Of a stretch of 64,000 nucleotides of DNA, positions 38,201 through 50,270 are shown in pieces. The stretch is from NCBI GenBank assembly GCA_965655095.1, contig OZ296651.1, positions 56,792,001 through 56,856,000 on the forward strand. Reading direction: 5' to 3'. Made by a program: the position numbers and the translations under genes. The first letter of the stretch is position 1. Each line of letters starts with the position of its first letter. The notes beneath the pieces are model-generated. The model was not told the DNA's origin. It worked only from the letters and a program-made list of their open reading frames with translations, and ran no database searches. Source of the DNA: Haplodiscus bocki (Eukaryota).

Positions 38201-40756
38201 TCAGAAATTACCCAACAATTGGATTTCAAAAAAACCCGACTTTAAGCTCGCGACCAATTCCCAGCCTTTTGACTATCCTCTTTAACCCCCTATGTCCAAG
38301 TTGAAATGATCTCAAAATTTTCAAGAACTTTTGATACCCTCTGTTCGTGTAACTTAGGAAAAATTACCCGTGCGCTAGGATACTAATCCGCAAGAGACTC
38401 GAAAAAATTCAAATTCACAAGCCGATATAAAGCACGTTAATTAGAAATACCTACAAACAAGTTATGATCATTAATTTGCCCGATCTCACCGACTCAATGT
38501 TGGACCAACGGACCCCCTTAGTCTTGGTATGATTTCTGGTAAAATGGCGAAGATGTTGAAACATTGTAAAGGGTTATCTTAGTATATGTATTCACCGGGG
38601 AACAGAAAATTTCAACGAGACTTTGTTGATTTGAACGACTTTAACTTCGTCAAGATATTCCCTCCTGCAATTCTCCGCAGCTTTGCTGATTACTGAAAGA
38701 AACACTGAAAATCTACCAACAAGTTGCATGACATTGCTTATCCAACCAGGAGGGCAAAGTCGCAAAATTTTGTACGAAAAAGCGGTTAACAAAGCATAGC
38801 TGACCAAGGCGGATAAGACGTAGGAAAGAATTTTGGACAATTATTTCAGGGATTCCGACGTTAGGGGGTTGTTTACCGTGAGAGCCTTGTATTCGCAAAA
38901 AAGTACCTTCAAAATGTCACCACTTGCGAGTGGCCACGCCCTTGTTTAGACAGTACATGGGATTAGTTTTGAAATGTTCACCTCTTTGAAAATTGGCATC
39001 AAGTCCGACTGCGATTCTTCTTCCCTAAGCATTGTGCCCGAAATGGAAAAGATTCAATCTTTCTGAGAAACTATACACTTTCATACACTTCCACAGTGAT
39101 AATGGCCACATCCCTGCTCGATTAACAGCCCGAATCAAATTAAAGAAGTCATTCTCCAAGCCAATTAGTCCAGTCACTTCCACAACCTGGTGCTTCCTTA
39201 TCTCATGTACCGAAGCTGAAATTGTCTGTATTTTTTCCAGATTTTTGGGATTCCACTCGTTTCCAAATATTGGGAACAGCAATACCTTTCCCAGATATTA
39301 CAAAAAAAAAACGGATAGGAATTGAAACCACTCCATCCTAAGACCTCCCCGGAAACTCACACTAATGAGCAAAGCCCCCTATTCCACGTACCCAAAAAAG
39401 AACGATTTCCTATATTCTGACAATTTTTCTCAGTCGCACTGCTTTGGAACAGCAATGCTCTTGCCCGCATACCACCCCAGATTACAGTCTTGAAATAATC
39501 TGCATAGTAACTGCGCAGGCTACTCCCACTACTCAGCATAACTTCTCTGACCTTTGTTCCTAACTTGGATTAGTGCCTATGTAATAAAATTGTTTAATAC
39601 CCTTTTGTCACATTGCCTAGCAATAGAAACAGCTGTGCCCAGATAAAAGTCCTGGTTAAAACGAAAAACCATCATCCACTTCAATTTCACCGGCCAACCT
39701 CATTACGTAACCAATCTTCCCTACTCATTTACCCAAGTTGTAACAATGCCAACGTTCTCAAGACTTTTCACTCCTTCCGATGCCACACGTTGGAGTTTTT
39801 TCATGTTCACATTATTTTCTAACTCATCATGGAAATGGGCAGATCATACGCCCGAACCGCACCGCACAAAAAAAATTGAAAACTATTCCCCACTTCTTCA
39901 CCAGCCACTCCCACTACCTAGCATATCCTAATGAAGCCTTGTACCCAAAATTGAATGAACTCAATTTTTTTCAATTCGTCCGTTCGCACACCGCTTTACC
40001 CGGAGACTATAGAGTTACAACTCAAAAATACCGGTCACTTCAACTTTCCCCTGCCCTTGTAACTACTTTTTCTAAACCCCTAACCCATTTACCGAAAGTG
40101 GAACCTCTTTTTTCAGGGATATTGTCAAATAGTCCATTCCCTCTGCCTGTGATAGGCCACATCGTCTTCCGAATGCTACACCGGTTTAGAATTGTAAACT
40201 ATTCTCCACTTTAAGGTCGCTGGCATTTTCCAGTACTCAACATATTCATCCTCTCTAACCCCCGTACCAACCCCCCCCCCCCCCAGATTAGAATTGAAGT
40301 ATTGAGACTTTTTAACCACTTCAACTTCCGCGGTCATTCTCACTACTGTTCTTCAGTAAAGCCACCTTCAGAGGGATAAATAGACATTTTTTAATTTCCA
40401 CACTCTCGCAGTTTCTATGCTTTTCTATATGGTCTCGCATTAACACTTATTTCGTTTTCCCACAAATCGGATAAATGAACTCAAAGAATCACAGGGCTCA
40501 CAAGTTTATCAATATCTCAATTTAGAAAAAAAAAGAATTCCGAAGTTTGTTCAAATGCACTCTCTCATCGCTACTATAATGGTCCGTCCTATACACCCAC
40601 GTAGTGTTACTGCGTTTTGAAAAATCAAAAACCAAAAAGCGTGACAAAAATGCTAACGTACACACCGGGCAAAGTCACAAAAGGCACGAAAAAACATTAA
40701 AAATTTCCGAAGTTCTATAAAAAAACACTATAAAGGCCGCGGGTTGACAACTTGAC

Positions 40757-41090
40757 ACGCAGAGGCGAAGCGGAATTTCTCAACACATTCTGATTTGTCA
40801 GTTGAGATCAAGCTTCCCAAATGACATTTGAAACCATGATCGGAGACGTGATGGACACTTTCAGAAATACCACCTCAACTGTCAATCAAATGTTTGTTCG
40901 TTCGAAGAAAAACAGAAAAATTGAAACAAGTACCTATCACAGGGTGTCATACTGGAAAATTTGATGTGTCAATCATGTTTTCTCAGGTTACGCCATTTTG
41001 CTGCCGAATCTTCAAGAAGTTTGGACATTTAGAAAATGAAAAGGTAGCTGCCAAAAAAGAAGCCATTTTTGATCACTTGCACCAGATGAC
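40757..41090 (-). mobile_element. Helentron-type element subfamily B, ending at the hAT insertion
   Basis: GCAGAGGCGAAGCGGAATTTCTCAACACATTCTGATTTGTCAG, homologous to the copies at 5684 and 50902. Confidence 0.55.
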
Positions 41091-41096
41091 CACTAT

Positions 41097-42078
41097 CTGA
41101 TGACATCAAAAAATAAATTATTTTTATTGTTGAAACGAAACAATAAATTATTGTGATTAATCCACAATTATTGTGAAAAAAAAACAATTATTGTTGATCT
41201 TCGGAAATTTTTTCAGTCGCCTGTTTTACCACTTGTGCGTCCCATAGCTTCTTTTTCGCTTTCAGGAACAAGATTGCCTCCAAATTGACAGGTGTCATTT
41301 TTTTGCGGTTATCGGAAAGACAGCGAAGAAGTGCGTTGAAGTTGAACTATCTGTCCATCCGTCGAAAATTAAGCCAAACTTAATAGGAAGTTGCTTTTCG
41401 ATAATCATCTCAACTTCTTTCGTAACTCCTTGTAAGTACTTCATAAATGTAGATCTAGAGAGAACTCCCAACTTTGAAAACTTTCGGGTCAAGTCGTTTT
41501 CGACGAAAGTAAACGGTAAGTCCGCCATAATAACCCATTCTAGATAACCATAAATCGTTTCCGTTTTTTATCAAGTACAAAAGAACCCAATGAACTAAAA
41601 TTGGAAGTCATATCTGCAACGTAATCTTTGTGATCAGAAAATACGTGACTGATCAAATTCTGAAAACCCGCACCTTTCGCTTGCTTGCGCAATTTGCCGC
41701 ATCGGCACTTAAACGATCCATCAGCTTGTGTTTCGAAGTAAAATTCAACAATTTGTTTGTTAGTGAAAGGCATACTCTTTCTCAAGTGCACTGTAATGTG
41801 AACGCACGCAGACTGACTCGTGGCAATTAGGCGGATTAAATAACTTACATGTAAACAAAAGAATTTTAACCGCAAACACGCAGCCGCAGCTCTCCCGGTT
41901 ACATGTAATACGTAGACCCTGCAAGTAGTGTTGCAGCGCAAGCGTGTTGAAATTCCCCGAAAAAAAATAATTGTCACCAAAACAATAAATTATTTGTATT
42001 GTTTTTCACTGTAAATAAATTATTTTATTTTATTTATTGACAATAATTTATAAATAAATTATTTTTTACGCACCCCTG
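41097..42078 (-). mobile_element. Internally deleted hAT transposon with BED-finger transposase remnant (41773 to about 41190)
   Basis: MPFTNKQIVEFYF...CRCGKLRKQAKGAGFQNLISHVFSDH, then a 1-nt frameshift in an A-run at about 41565, then IYGYLEWVIMADLPFTFVEN...FGLIFDGWT, fused to the C-terminal DNRKKMTPVNLEAILFLKAKKKLWD. TIR CAGGGGTGCG ends at 42078 and the left TIR is decayed. Subterminal ACAATAAATTATTGT repeats occur at both ends. Flanks ACCACTAT / ACCACGTT match at 6/8. Confidence 0.9.
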
Positions 42079-42317
42079 ACCACGTTTCCCCTGTGATACG
42101 AGTACCCACTTCCGTTTCAATGGACTCAGAGCTAAAGCAAGCAGCCATGAAGCAAACATGAAGGATGCAAATGCTTTCAGTGCACTCAATTTTACAGTAT
42201 TGGACTAATTTCTCAAAAGGCAATTGAATTTAAACACATTAACACACTAATGAAACCCAAATCAAACGAGTTTGCACTCAAAACAAACTACACCACAGAA
42301 AACTGGTTTGGACTTAC

Positions 42318-42341
42318 GTTGGACTGATGCGATTATTGCCA
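42318..42341 (-). CDS. 24-nt microexon (R)GNNRISP(T), putative prominin tail
   Basis: tttatag|TGGCAATAATCGCATCAGTCCAAC|gtaagt. It has a consensus donor and is phase 2-2, matching the donor at 42522 and the acceptors at 35157 and 34540. Confidence 0.65.
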
Positions 42342-42517
42342 CTATAAAGCCAAACATTTTCTGTCAAGTTACAAGTAGAAACGAATTATTTTTAGCCTTA
42401 GTTTGCTCGTTTGTGCTTTGGTAACAATGGAAATCAATTGAAAATGCATGAAGACGTTAGTTGAAAGAGAGCCATCCAAAGCACAGAACTTCTCGAATCA
42501 AAAGACTAATTAATTAT

Positions 42518-45500
42518 TTACCGCCCAGAAGGAGGGCCACTTGCAGGAGGAGCAGCCAAGAGTGTAATGATTTTCCTGAAACAGAAATTTTGTACATAAT
42601 TATGACAAGAGCTATAGTTTTATAGAAAAAGAACTAAATTTCTAACTTTTCATTTTCAGATTTCGGTTGAGGGTTTGGTCCCCGAAACAAGTAGAAAACG
42701 AGCAAAAATGTTGAGATAGAGGCACCCATAGTGAATATTGAGATAAAAAGTCCCATAAACCACATTTGGCTCTAAAATAGAGTACGAGCGTGAGAGCGGC
42801 TGAATATATCATACGTTTTGGTCGTAATATACATATCAAGTCAAGCAAGAACGTTATAAAAATCGGTAACTTCGGGTCAACAGAAACCCCTATGTGAAAT
42901 CATAACTTTAGAAAAATTAATTATGAGGAATTAGTACGTTTTCTACTGATCGCCTTTGGAGCTTGAACAGAAAAATTTTTCCACAATTGTTTGGATGATC
43001 GCTGCCTAAAAGTTGAATTATGTGATATACTGCTTTTCTGAAATTAATTTTAATTTTATTGCATTAAGCAATGTTTTTAATCAACGCTTTCAATAAAATT
43101 GCCCGACTATTACAAGCTCTTTCCACGTATAAAACTACATAGTTTTAGAAGTGTTTTACAACCAGATTTTCAGGCACCCATTAGTTTAGGACCAGGCCGG
43201 GGACAAAACTATTCTGGTGAGAAAAATTTTCGGAAACTCTTGTGCCAAAACTGCTTGAACCCTAATAACATTTTTAGGCAGTAAATATTGAAACAAAGGG
43301 TCCCTCAGCTAAACTTTCGGCGCTTTGCGACAATTTTTTTTCTAGAAAAAGACGAGATTTATAAAAGTTTTTTTGTCGGAAAAGCCATAACTTTTTGAAG
43401 ACAAGGATCCACGAAGATAACTTGGGCCAAACGGGCATCACCACTTGGACCATTCCCAGCTAGTTCATTCTAATTTTCTAACCCAAGGCTCCACAACAGC
43501 ATCGCATGTGTATTCCCAAAACCAATCATACGCATCCGCCAACACTTTGCAGTTCCCCGCATCCCTTTCCAGTCGATCATACGCCCAGTTTATATAATTG
43601 CGTAAATACTTATCAGTATTGGCTCCAGTAGACTCCACACTCTATAACCAAAACAACATTCAAAGGACATTGTCAAAACATGATAAGTTTCAAATTCAGA
43701 TTTGGGACACAAACTGTTTCAAGCATGGGAGTGGCTTCATTTGCGATCCAGTTTTGAAGAGATATTTCAGCAGGATTAAATACGTTGTCAATTACACTTC
43801 TAAAATTTGTGAGCGCAGTGCCCAATGTTGTTCTGTGCAACAGAAACGCTTCTTGGGTTTGTTTTACGCTCGGTAAAAGAGTGTCAAGAGCATCTTTTAT
43901 CTCATTGGCAGCATTTTGCGCTCGGATTCTCTAAAAGATTGAACAATTCAACAGAAGATTTCAAGTTTATCCGACAAACCAATCACTTTCGTTATTCCTT
44001 ATGTTTTATTATTGATTCAGAATGGAAAAAAACATACGCATCAAGAATGATGGGCATTGAGCGCTAAGATTTTATAATAGTAAACAAACCGAGGCGTGTA
44101 CTTGAAATCAAAAAGTACATAACGAAGAGCGGCATCCGTGCTAGCTTGGGAAAGCGAGAGTAAAAAAACGGATAAAAGTAAATAAGAACTGTGTTCTACT
44201 ATAGCGCTCAGACTCGCTAAGTCCGCCAATCACGCGAGCGTTTACGAAGAAAAAAGTTATTCCTTATGTTTTATTATTGATTCAGAATGGAAAAAAACAT
44301 ACGCATCAAGAATGATGGGCATTGAGCGCTAACAATTTATAATAGTAAACAAACCGAGGCGTGTACTTGAAATCAAAAAGTACATAACGAAGAGCGGCAT
44401 CCGTGCTAGCTTGGGAAAGCGAGAGTAAAAAAACGGATAAAAGTAAATAAGAACTGTGTTCTACTATAGCGCTCAGACTCGCTAAGTCCGCCAATCACGC
44501 GAGCGTTTACAAAGAAAAAAGTTATTCCTTATGTTTTATTATTGATTCAGAATGGAAAAAAACATACGCATCAAGAATGATGGGCATTGAGCGCTAAAAA
44601 TTTATAATAGTAAACAAACCGAGGCGTGTACTTGAAATCAAAAAGTACATAACGAAGAGCGGCATCCGTGCTAGCTTGGGAAAGCGAGAGTAAAAAAACG
44701 GATAAAAGTAAATAAGAACTGTGTTCTACTATAGCGCTCAGACTCGCTAAGTCCGCCAATCACGAGAGCGTTTACGAAGAAAAAAGGTAAACTGTACAGG
44801 CATTAGGACAAGTTTAACGCCTAAAAACTATTTGATGTTTTTTTTCGACGTCAGGGATTTTTTTGTCATTCCGACTTCAAAATTTTGCAGATTTCATTCT
44901 TTTTTAAAATCGAATGTTTCCATTCTGTTCATTTCGAATTTTTATGAAGTCCAATTTGGTTAACATCGCTTCCGTGTTTTTGAAGACTATTTTCAGACTG
45001 ACATCTGCACTGGGTGCGATTCCCGCGGAAATCGAGGTGTCTAGTTGGGATTTAGTTGCGTTCAGATCATCACAACTAGCTGCACAGAGGGTAGTGAATC
45101 CCGGAGTGCCATATATCACCTGCGTGTACCACTGAAGCACCTAAACAAGAGAAGTAAACTTGAACGCTACTAAACAAAAACCTGGAAAAAATTGAAGAAC
45201 AAAAAGTAAAACGAAGAACTCTGTCAAATCTGGAAAATGGGAAAGAGGCAATCCTTTAGCTTAAACATACTTTTGAAACAAATTATGCCAAATTTTCCAT
45301 CAATGAATACAAACAACTCAAACTTGCTGCAAAAAGGATTCATTTGGAATAGGTTTCAAGTACGGATTTAGATTGATTCTGAATATCAAAAGAAATACGA
45401 ATACATCTGTTTAGACAAACAATTTAGGGAATCTTTTTTAACGCCTGAAAAAATTGATCTACAGCGTTTTCGATTTCCCCTCGACAATGATCTACATGAC

Positions 45501-48500
45501 GACAACCGTAAAAAATATCATTTCTCATCACAGATTTTATTCGGATTCGTCTGAGAGTAGTTCAGTAAAATCTTTTTAGCATGTTTTGTCAACAATAAAA
45601 GAACAACTAACGTCATCAGCGTGGTTAGTCATGGTTAAGAGGGTGGTGTCGTGTTGGGTGGGATCGAAGTTGCTGAGATTGGCTTTGAGATCATCTGCGA
45701 GCAGCACAACGTTACTCACATCGGGTGTAGCTGAGCTCCAAATTGAGTCAGCTCCTGGAAGAAGAGCATTCACATTGAGAGTGCCACTGGTATTGAACCT
45801 ATTTGACTCTTCCAGTCGCAATACCTCATACGCTGTTTTGTCTTCTTTACAGTTCCTGCACAGAAATATTATTATTATCTCAAATCATGAAAAATAGTTT
45901 CCTCAAAATAATACCCAACAATACAAAGCACTCAAAAGAAAAAGTTTTTTCTTGAAAAATATTTGGAAGCGTGGATTAACCACAATTCAATCGGAAATGG
46001 AGGGATTACCGCTTAATATGATGAACATCCCGTTTAATATTACTATTCTCACTCTGCATCTCATTTCGTTTTTGATCTAACTCATTGTCTAAAACTGATA
46101 ACTTACGTGTATACTATCCTTTCATGAAATAATATAACACTTTGGTTTTTCATTCTTAAAAAAGAAATATGGTTTTTATTAGCTTGCAAAAGAAGAACAA
46201 TTGAGACTTCAAACAAGTCAGCATTGAGACAGATCTTTGCTTTGCATACACTTGCCATGAAGGTGAAGAACGACGAGTAATAGCCTACACCTAAGGAGAT
46301 TCTTGTTGACGCGAACTTTACAAAAAACATCTTTCCAGAAATTGAAAGGCAATATCCAGCAGCTCAAAAACAATCCCAACTATCAGGAATCAAATAGAAC
46401 GTACGATTACCAATCCAGCCGGTAGTCTCCGAGAAAACATTGAAAAAAAAACGCAATGGAAAAACATCCGAAATTCGAACTAAAAGTCAAGATATCTCGC
46501 GGAAAGTATAGAAAGGCTACCCTTAGTATACCGCAGATTCTCAATACTGTGCTCTTTTGAATGAACACTATATTCCTGCAACCAAATCGCTTGTCTTTCA
46601 GAGAATCATCTTGGAACTACGAGCTGACAAAAAAAAACAATGTAAAAAGCATGAAATGGGAACAGGATATGTCTGATTTTTCGCAGATTCATATATTTCG
46701 GGCTATTTGAACGACCACTGGGTGGCCCCAATTGAAGCGGTAATCCACCAGACGAACAATTTTGAGAAAAGACGTAAGAGAAAAAATTCTTACTACAAAT
46801 CAACCTTTTCGTTTCGACTCCACATATCCCTCACAATGCTGGCTCTATAAAGAGCCCTCAACGTCTGCAAGTCAACAGTATTCTCCTGATAAAGACGACT
46901 TTTGAGAAACACGCCCGCAAAAATTTTCCAAATTCAAACCAAGAAGTCTCTCACCACACTTTCGTGGAAAAAAATCATTTTTGAAGTTTAGGTACACAAT
47001 AATTTTCCAAGCAACCTCGACGGCAAATGTAAGCAAAATAACCGTACTTCCAATCGAATGAAGCAAAAAAAAACTATTGGAACGTTAGAGCATGAACGAA
47101 AAGTCATAAATCTATTATATTTTGGATCGACGGAAACTTCAAGAGCACACTTTTTACTGGAATGTTTCGTCTCCAAATAGAGAAAAACGCTGCATTTTCA
47201 ACCTAAACCGATTCTCGGTGAAGACAAGACTTAACACGCCGAGAACAGCTAAAACTCGGTGCGGCTAACCAGAGGAGACAAAAATTTTAATTACTCGTAG
47301 GGGGTAAAGTTTTCTGCCATTTTTTTGGCATTATATTACCAAAAAGGTCGTACGGGTACCATTATCTGCTTAGAATTTGCCTCCTGAAAAATTTCCGTGA
47401 AATGATGGGGAACATCTTGACTTAAGTCAAGAAAATTACTCTCACGATACCGAAAAAAGTCGTCCTTCATTGTTTTGTGGAATTGTCCGTTCCCAGCAGA
47501 GCGATGTTTCACTCCATCTTCAAGAGTTACCCGACAAAGATGATGAATTGCCGCCAAATGAAAGGCAAGCATTTCTTGCTCCAAACTAAGCGAAAAATTC
47601 GTGCGATTCGACAGCTGTTAACGGTTGATACAAAAGTACCACTGTATCCGTGTTCCTGAGCTGGCAACCCGAAGAGAGCTACAATTCATGCTCCATTTGG
47701 ACCAGGGATGTCCAAGTTGATAACTTTCTGAAAAAAATATCTATTAATTTCCTGAAATGTTCAGGGTTCATCATCAGTTATATTCAACGCAAACAAAGAA
47801 TTTGCACATCCCCGACCTTGAGAAAACCCCCACTATCTGCGACCAGTGGAATGATTCGAGGAGGATTGTCATCCACTTAATGGTATTGAGGACAAACTTT
47901 CCATAAGATAATTCTCAAAAACAAAAAAACTTCAACGTTTACATCGGAATACACTGAATGAAAACATCAAAACTGCAGATCCTTGGATAGTGTTGTATAA
48001 TGTGGCTGGTTAGTTTGAAATGTTTTTGGAAAACAAGCTTTTGCTGGAAAATATCCAGGTTTCGAATTTGCAACAAAACTATTTTACGAAAATTTCCAAA
48101 AAAAGAAATCGCTGCCTTCCATCACTTTTATCAAAGCTACGAAAACGTGAAGAATTAAAATGAAACAATAGTATTCAACAAAATCAATATTGAAAACATT
48201 TTTTTAGAAAAATTAACTTCGAAGTTTATATTTAAAACATTTTCTGAGTTGCAACCGAATTTTTCCCCAATAATGTATGAGTACGGAGATCCCTGGCTTG
48301 GAGTAATTTTTCGCAACAACGAGAACATGAATTAAAAACGGAAGATTGCAAATAAAAAAAAATATTTTCCAAGACGGTCATTACCAAAGACGGCACTCAA
48401 ACTTTTGAAGAATATCTAAATTTCGAAGTTACAGAAATATTCTCTGGATAGTGAATGAAAACTGGAGATTCAGGAATTCGAGTAATTTTTCCGAACCGGA

Positions 48501-50270
48501 AGTAATTGAATTAAAAAGGGATCATGGCAAGGGGTTGAAGGCTATCAACAGTTAATGAAAATATCCGGTCTGGAAAACAATCTCTTATCATCCATTTCAG
48601 CGGTCCCATTTTTTAAATTTCGTCTTGGTATCAACAAAATACGGCAAAAAGGAAAAATTTATAAATTTAGAGCAGTTTCCACGACTTCTCTACTTAAAGC
48701 GAAGCAACGCAATAGCAAGGAAGTTTCTATTCAATCATTTTATTACACAGGCAAAGCTATGCTTTGCAACACTTGCGCCAACGGAATACTATCGAACAGA
48801 TCGACTAAATAAAACAAATTTTTGACGGGGGCATGATACTACGAATACTACTGATAACAAGTGCACAGAGACTCAGTTAATTCTAAATTTATGTACAAGT
48901 AAGAAATGGTATTTCTTTCGCTAGGTATTTTAACTAAAATACTTATTTTTAAGCGTCAATGTCACAGTCAGTAGAGTCAAAGTTCCCAGGTTCGAGCCCA
49001 GGCCACTCCTCTCTCTTTGTGGTCAAAATCTAGGAAATTGTACGATTTGTTAACGGATCGGAAAACAAGAATCAGAAGCCTCTGTCTGATATAGCACTTG
49101 CTATAGCGGAAGCGTAATTATTATTATGATTGATTTAACCACAGTATCTTGTATTGTACAGCAGATGTACTGCAAGCTTTCAGCTCAGCAATAAAACCAA
49201 AGTCAGCTTCTATCATAAACTGAGGGCTTTTCTTGATTCACCGTGGTTAATGCATCTGAAGATTTATTAGTAAGTATACTTCGGTTTATGATAATTGTAG
49301 AGAGACTCTAGGCATTGGGGTGATGCAACTAACTGCAGAAGAATCGTGAAGGTGATGTTTACAGTATCATCGTCCAAAACCAAGTCTGCAATGTAATATT
49401 CACTGCCGTTGTGCATAACATTCGGTTCATCCAAAAAGTAGATCTCACCATCTCTCATTGATGAACAAATTTTCACAACGGGCGAAGCTTCCCAAAAAGT
49501 GTAGATCGTGTAGGCCATGAAAAGCGTTGAAATTAAAGCCATGATCAAACTGAACCTGAAACATTATTTTTGGATTCGGTTAAAACTGAAACTATCATCC
49601 TATAACTGTCAGCTATCATCTTATAACTGTCAGCTATCATCTTATAACTATCAGCAGAAACAATCAATGATATACTCCAAATTTGATTTAACAGATAGCT
49701 TTAGGAAAGCGACTCAAGTAAAATGTTCAAAACAGCCCAAATTTAGTTTAAATTAATATAGAGAGAAGATACTGCTAACCCGAGAATCACGAAACCACAG
49801 CAGTGGTTCAATTTGGTCCTTTCAGCTGGCATTCGATCTTTGCTCCAAAAAATGAAGGCAACAATAATCAAAACCCCTCCAGCGATGGAGAAAATAATAC
49901 CGAACATCGTGCCCACACTTCTGTATGCAGTGCTGAAAAGATATTCTAACTTACACAGGGTCAATATTGTCAAAAGAAAGCGTCGGCTTATAACTAACAA
50001 GGAATCGATGTAATCTTGGCCTTCGGACACCAGTATGTCTGAGTTCTGCCACAAATAGTTTTCCAAGTTGAAAGGAGCGAATGAATCGTTGACACTGGTG
50101 GACATTAACTCAAACAACTCATCCGTAGCATCTGAAGCCTCCATAGACAAATTCGTCATCTCTGAATAACAAACACTTTTCAAATGCATTGTTTCTATGA
50201 AATTCTATGAGGCTCAAAATTGGAACCGTTGAACTTTCGGTAGTTCATCAATAAAATTCTCGTATAATTG
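42518..50270 (-). CDS. PROM1: Prominin-like (CD133 family) membrane glycoprotein, 5'-partial: end of first large loop, TM3, TM4, second large loop, TM5
   Basis: Exons (minus): 50270-50227 (tentative), 50161-49999, 49932-49780, 49555-49334, 45855-45612, 45140-45003, 43930-43715, 43641-43483, 42771-42647, 42575-42522 (read-through stop at 42520-42518). All are phase-consistent. Motifs align by eye with prominin: WSKDRMPAERTKLNHCCGFVILG, KICSSMRDGEIYFLDEP...EYYIADL...ITFTILLQNCKEDKTAYEVLRLEESNRFNTSGTLN, and YINWAYDRLERDAGNCKVLADAYDWFWEYTCDAVVEPWSQMWFMG. The family call is confident; exact orthology is not established. Confidence 0.9.
43991..44786. repeat. Near-perfect 265-bp tandem triplication in a prominin intron
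   Basis: Units start at 43991, 44256 and 44521 with only a few substitutions. Confidence 0.97.
48745..49118 (-). mobile_element. Helentron-type non-autonomous element, subfamily A
   Basis: GCAAAGCTATGCTTTGC hairpin plus AACACTTGCG, internal GGTTCGAGCCC B-box, and far end GCACTTGCTATAGCGGAAGCGT. Confidence 0.7.
49592..49654. repeat. 21-bp minisatellite x3
   Basis: (CTATCATCTTATAACTGTCAG)n. Confidence 0.9.

Noticed and set aside
43800-43847. 48-nt intron within prominin exon 43930-43715
   Set aside because: The frame is open and the encoded helix-like segment fits the loop, so a single exon is more parsimonious.
44041-44759. Three near-identical 62-aa signal-peptide-like ORFs
   Set aside because: They are a by-product of the 265-bp triplication, have non-ATG starts and lie inside an intron.
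46208-46290. GVGYYSSFFTFMASVCKAKICLNADLFE, looks like a duplicated prominin TM4 exon
   Set aside because: It is too short, has a weak donor and an incompatible phase, and the true TM4 exon is 49555-49334.
47640-47880. Exon-like pair with a TSP1-like PWSKWS..C..GTR reading
   Set aside because: The phases do not fit the host gene, other frames contain stops, and the similarity is too short to support.
49743-50189. 148-aa ORF read as an adhesion-GPCR TM1 or stand-alone membrane protein
   Set aside because: Splicing shows it is two prominin exons plus an in-frame intron, and the downstream exons are clearly prominin.
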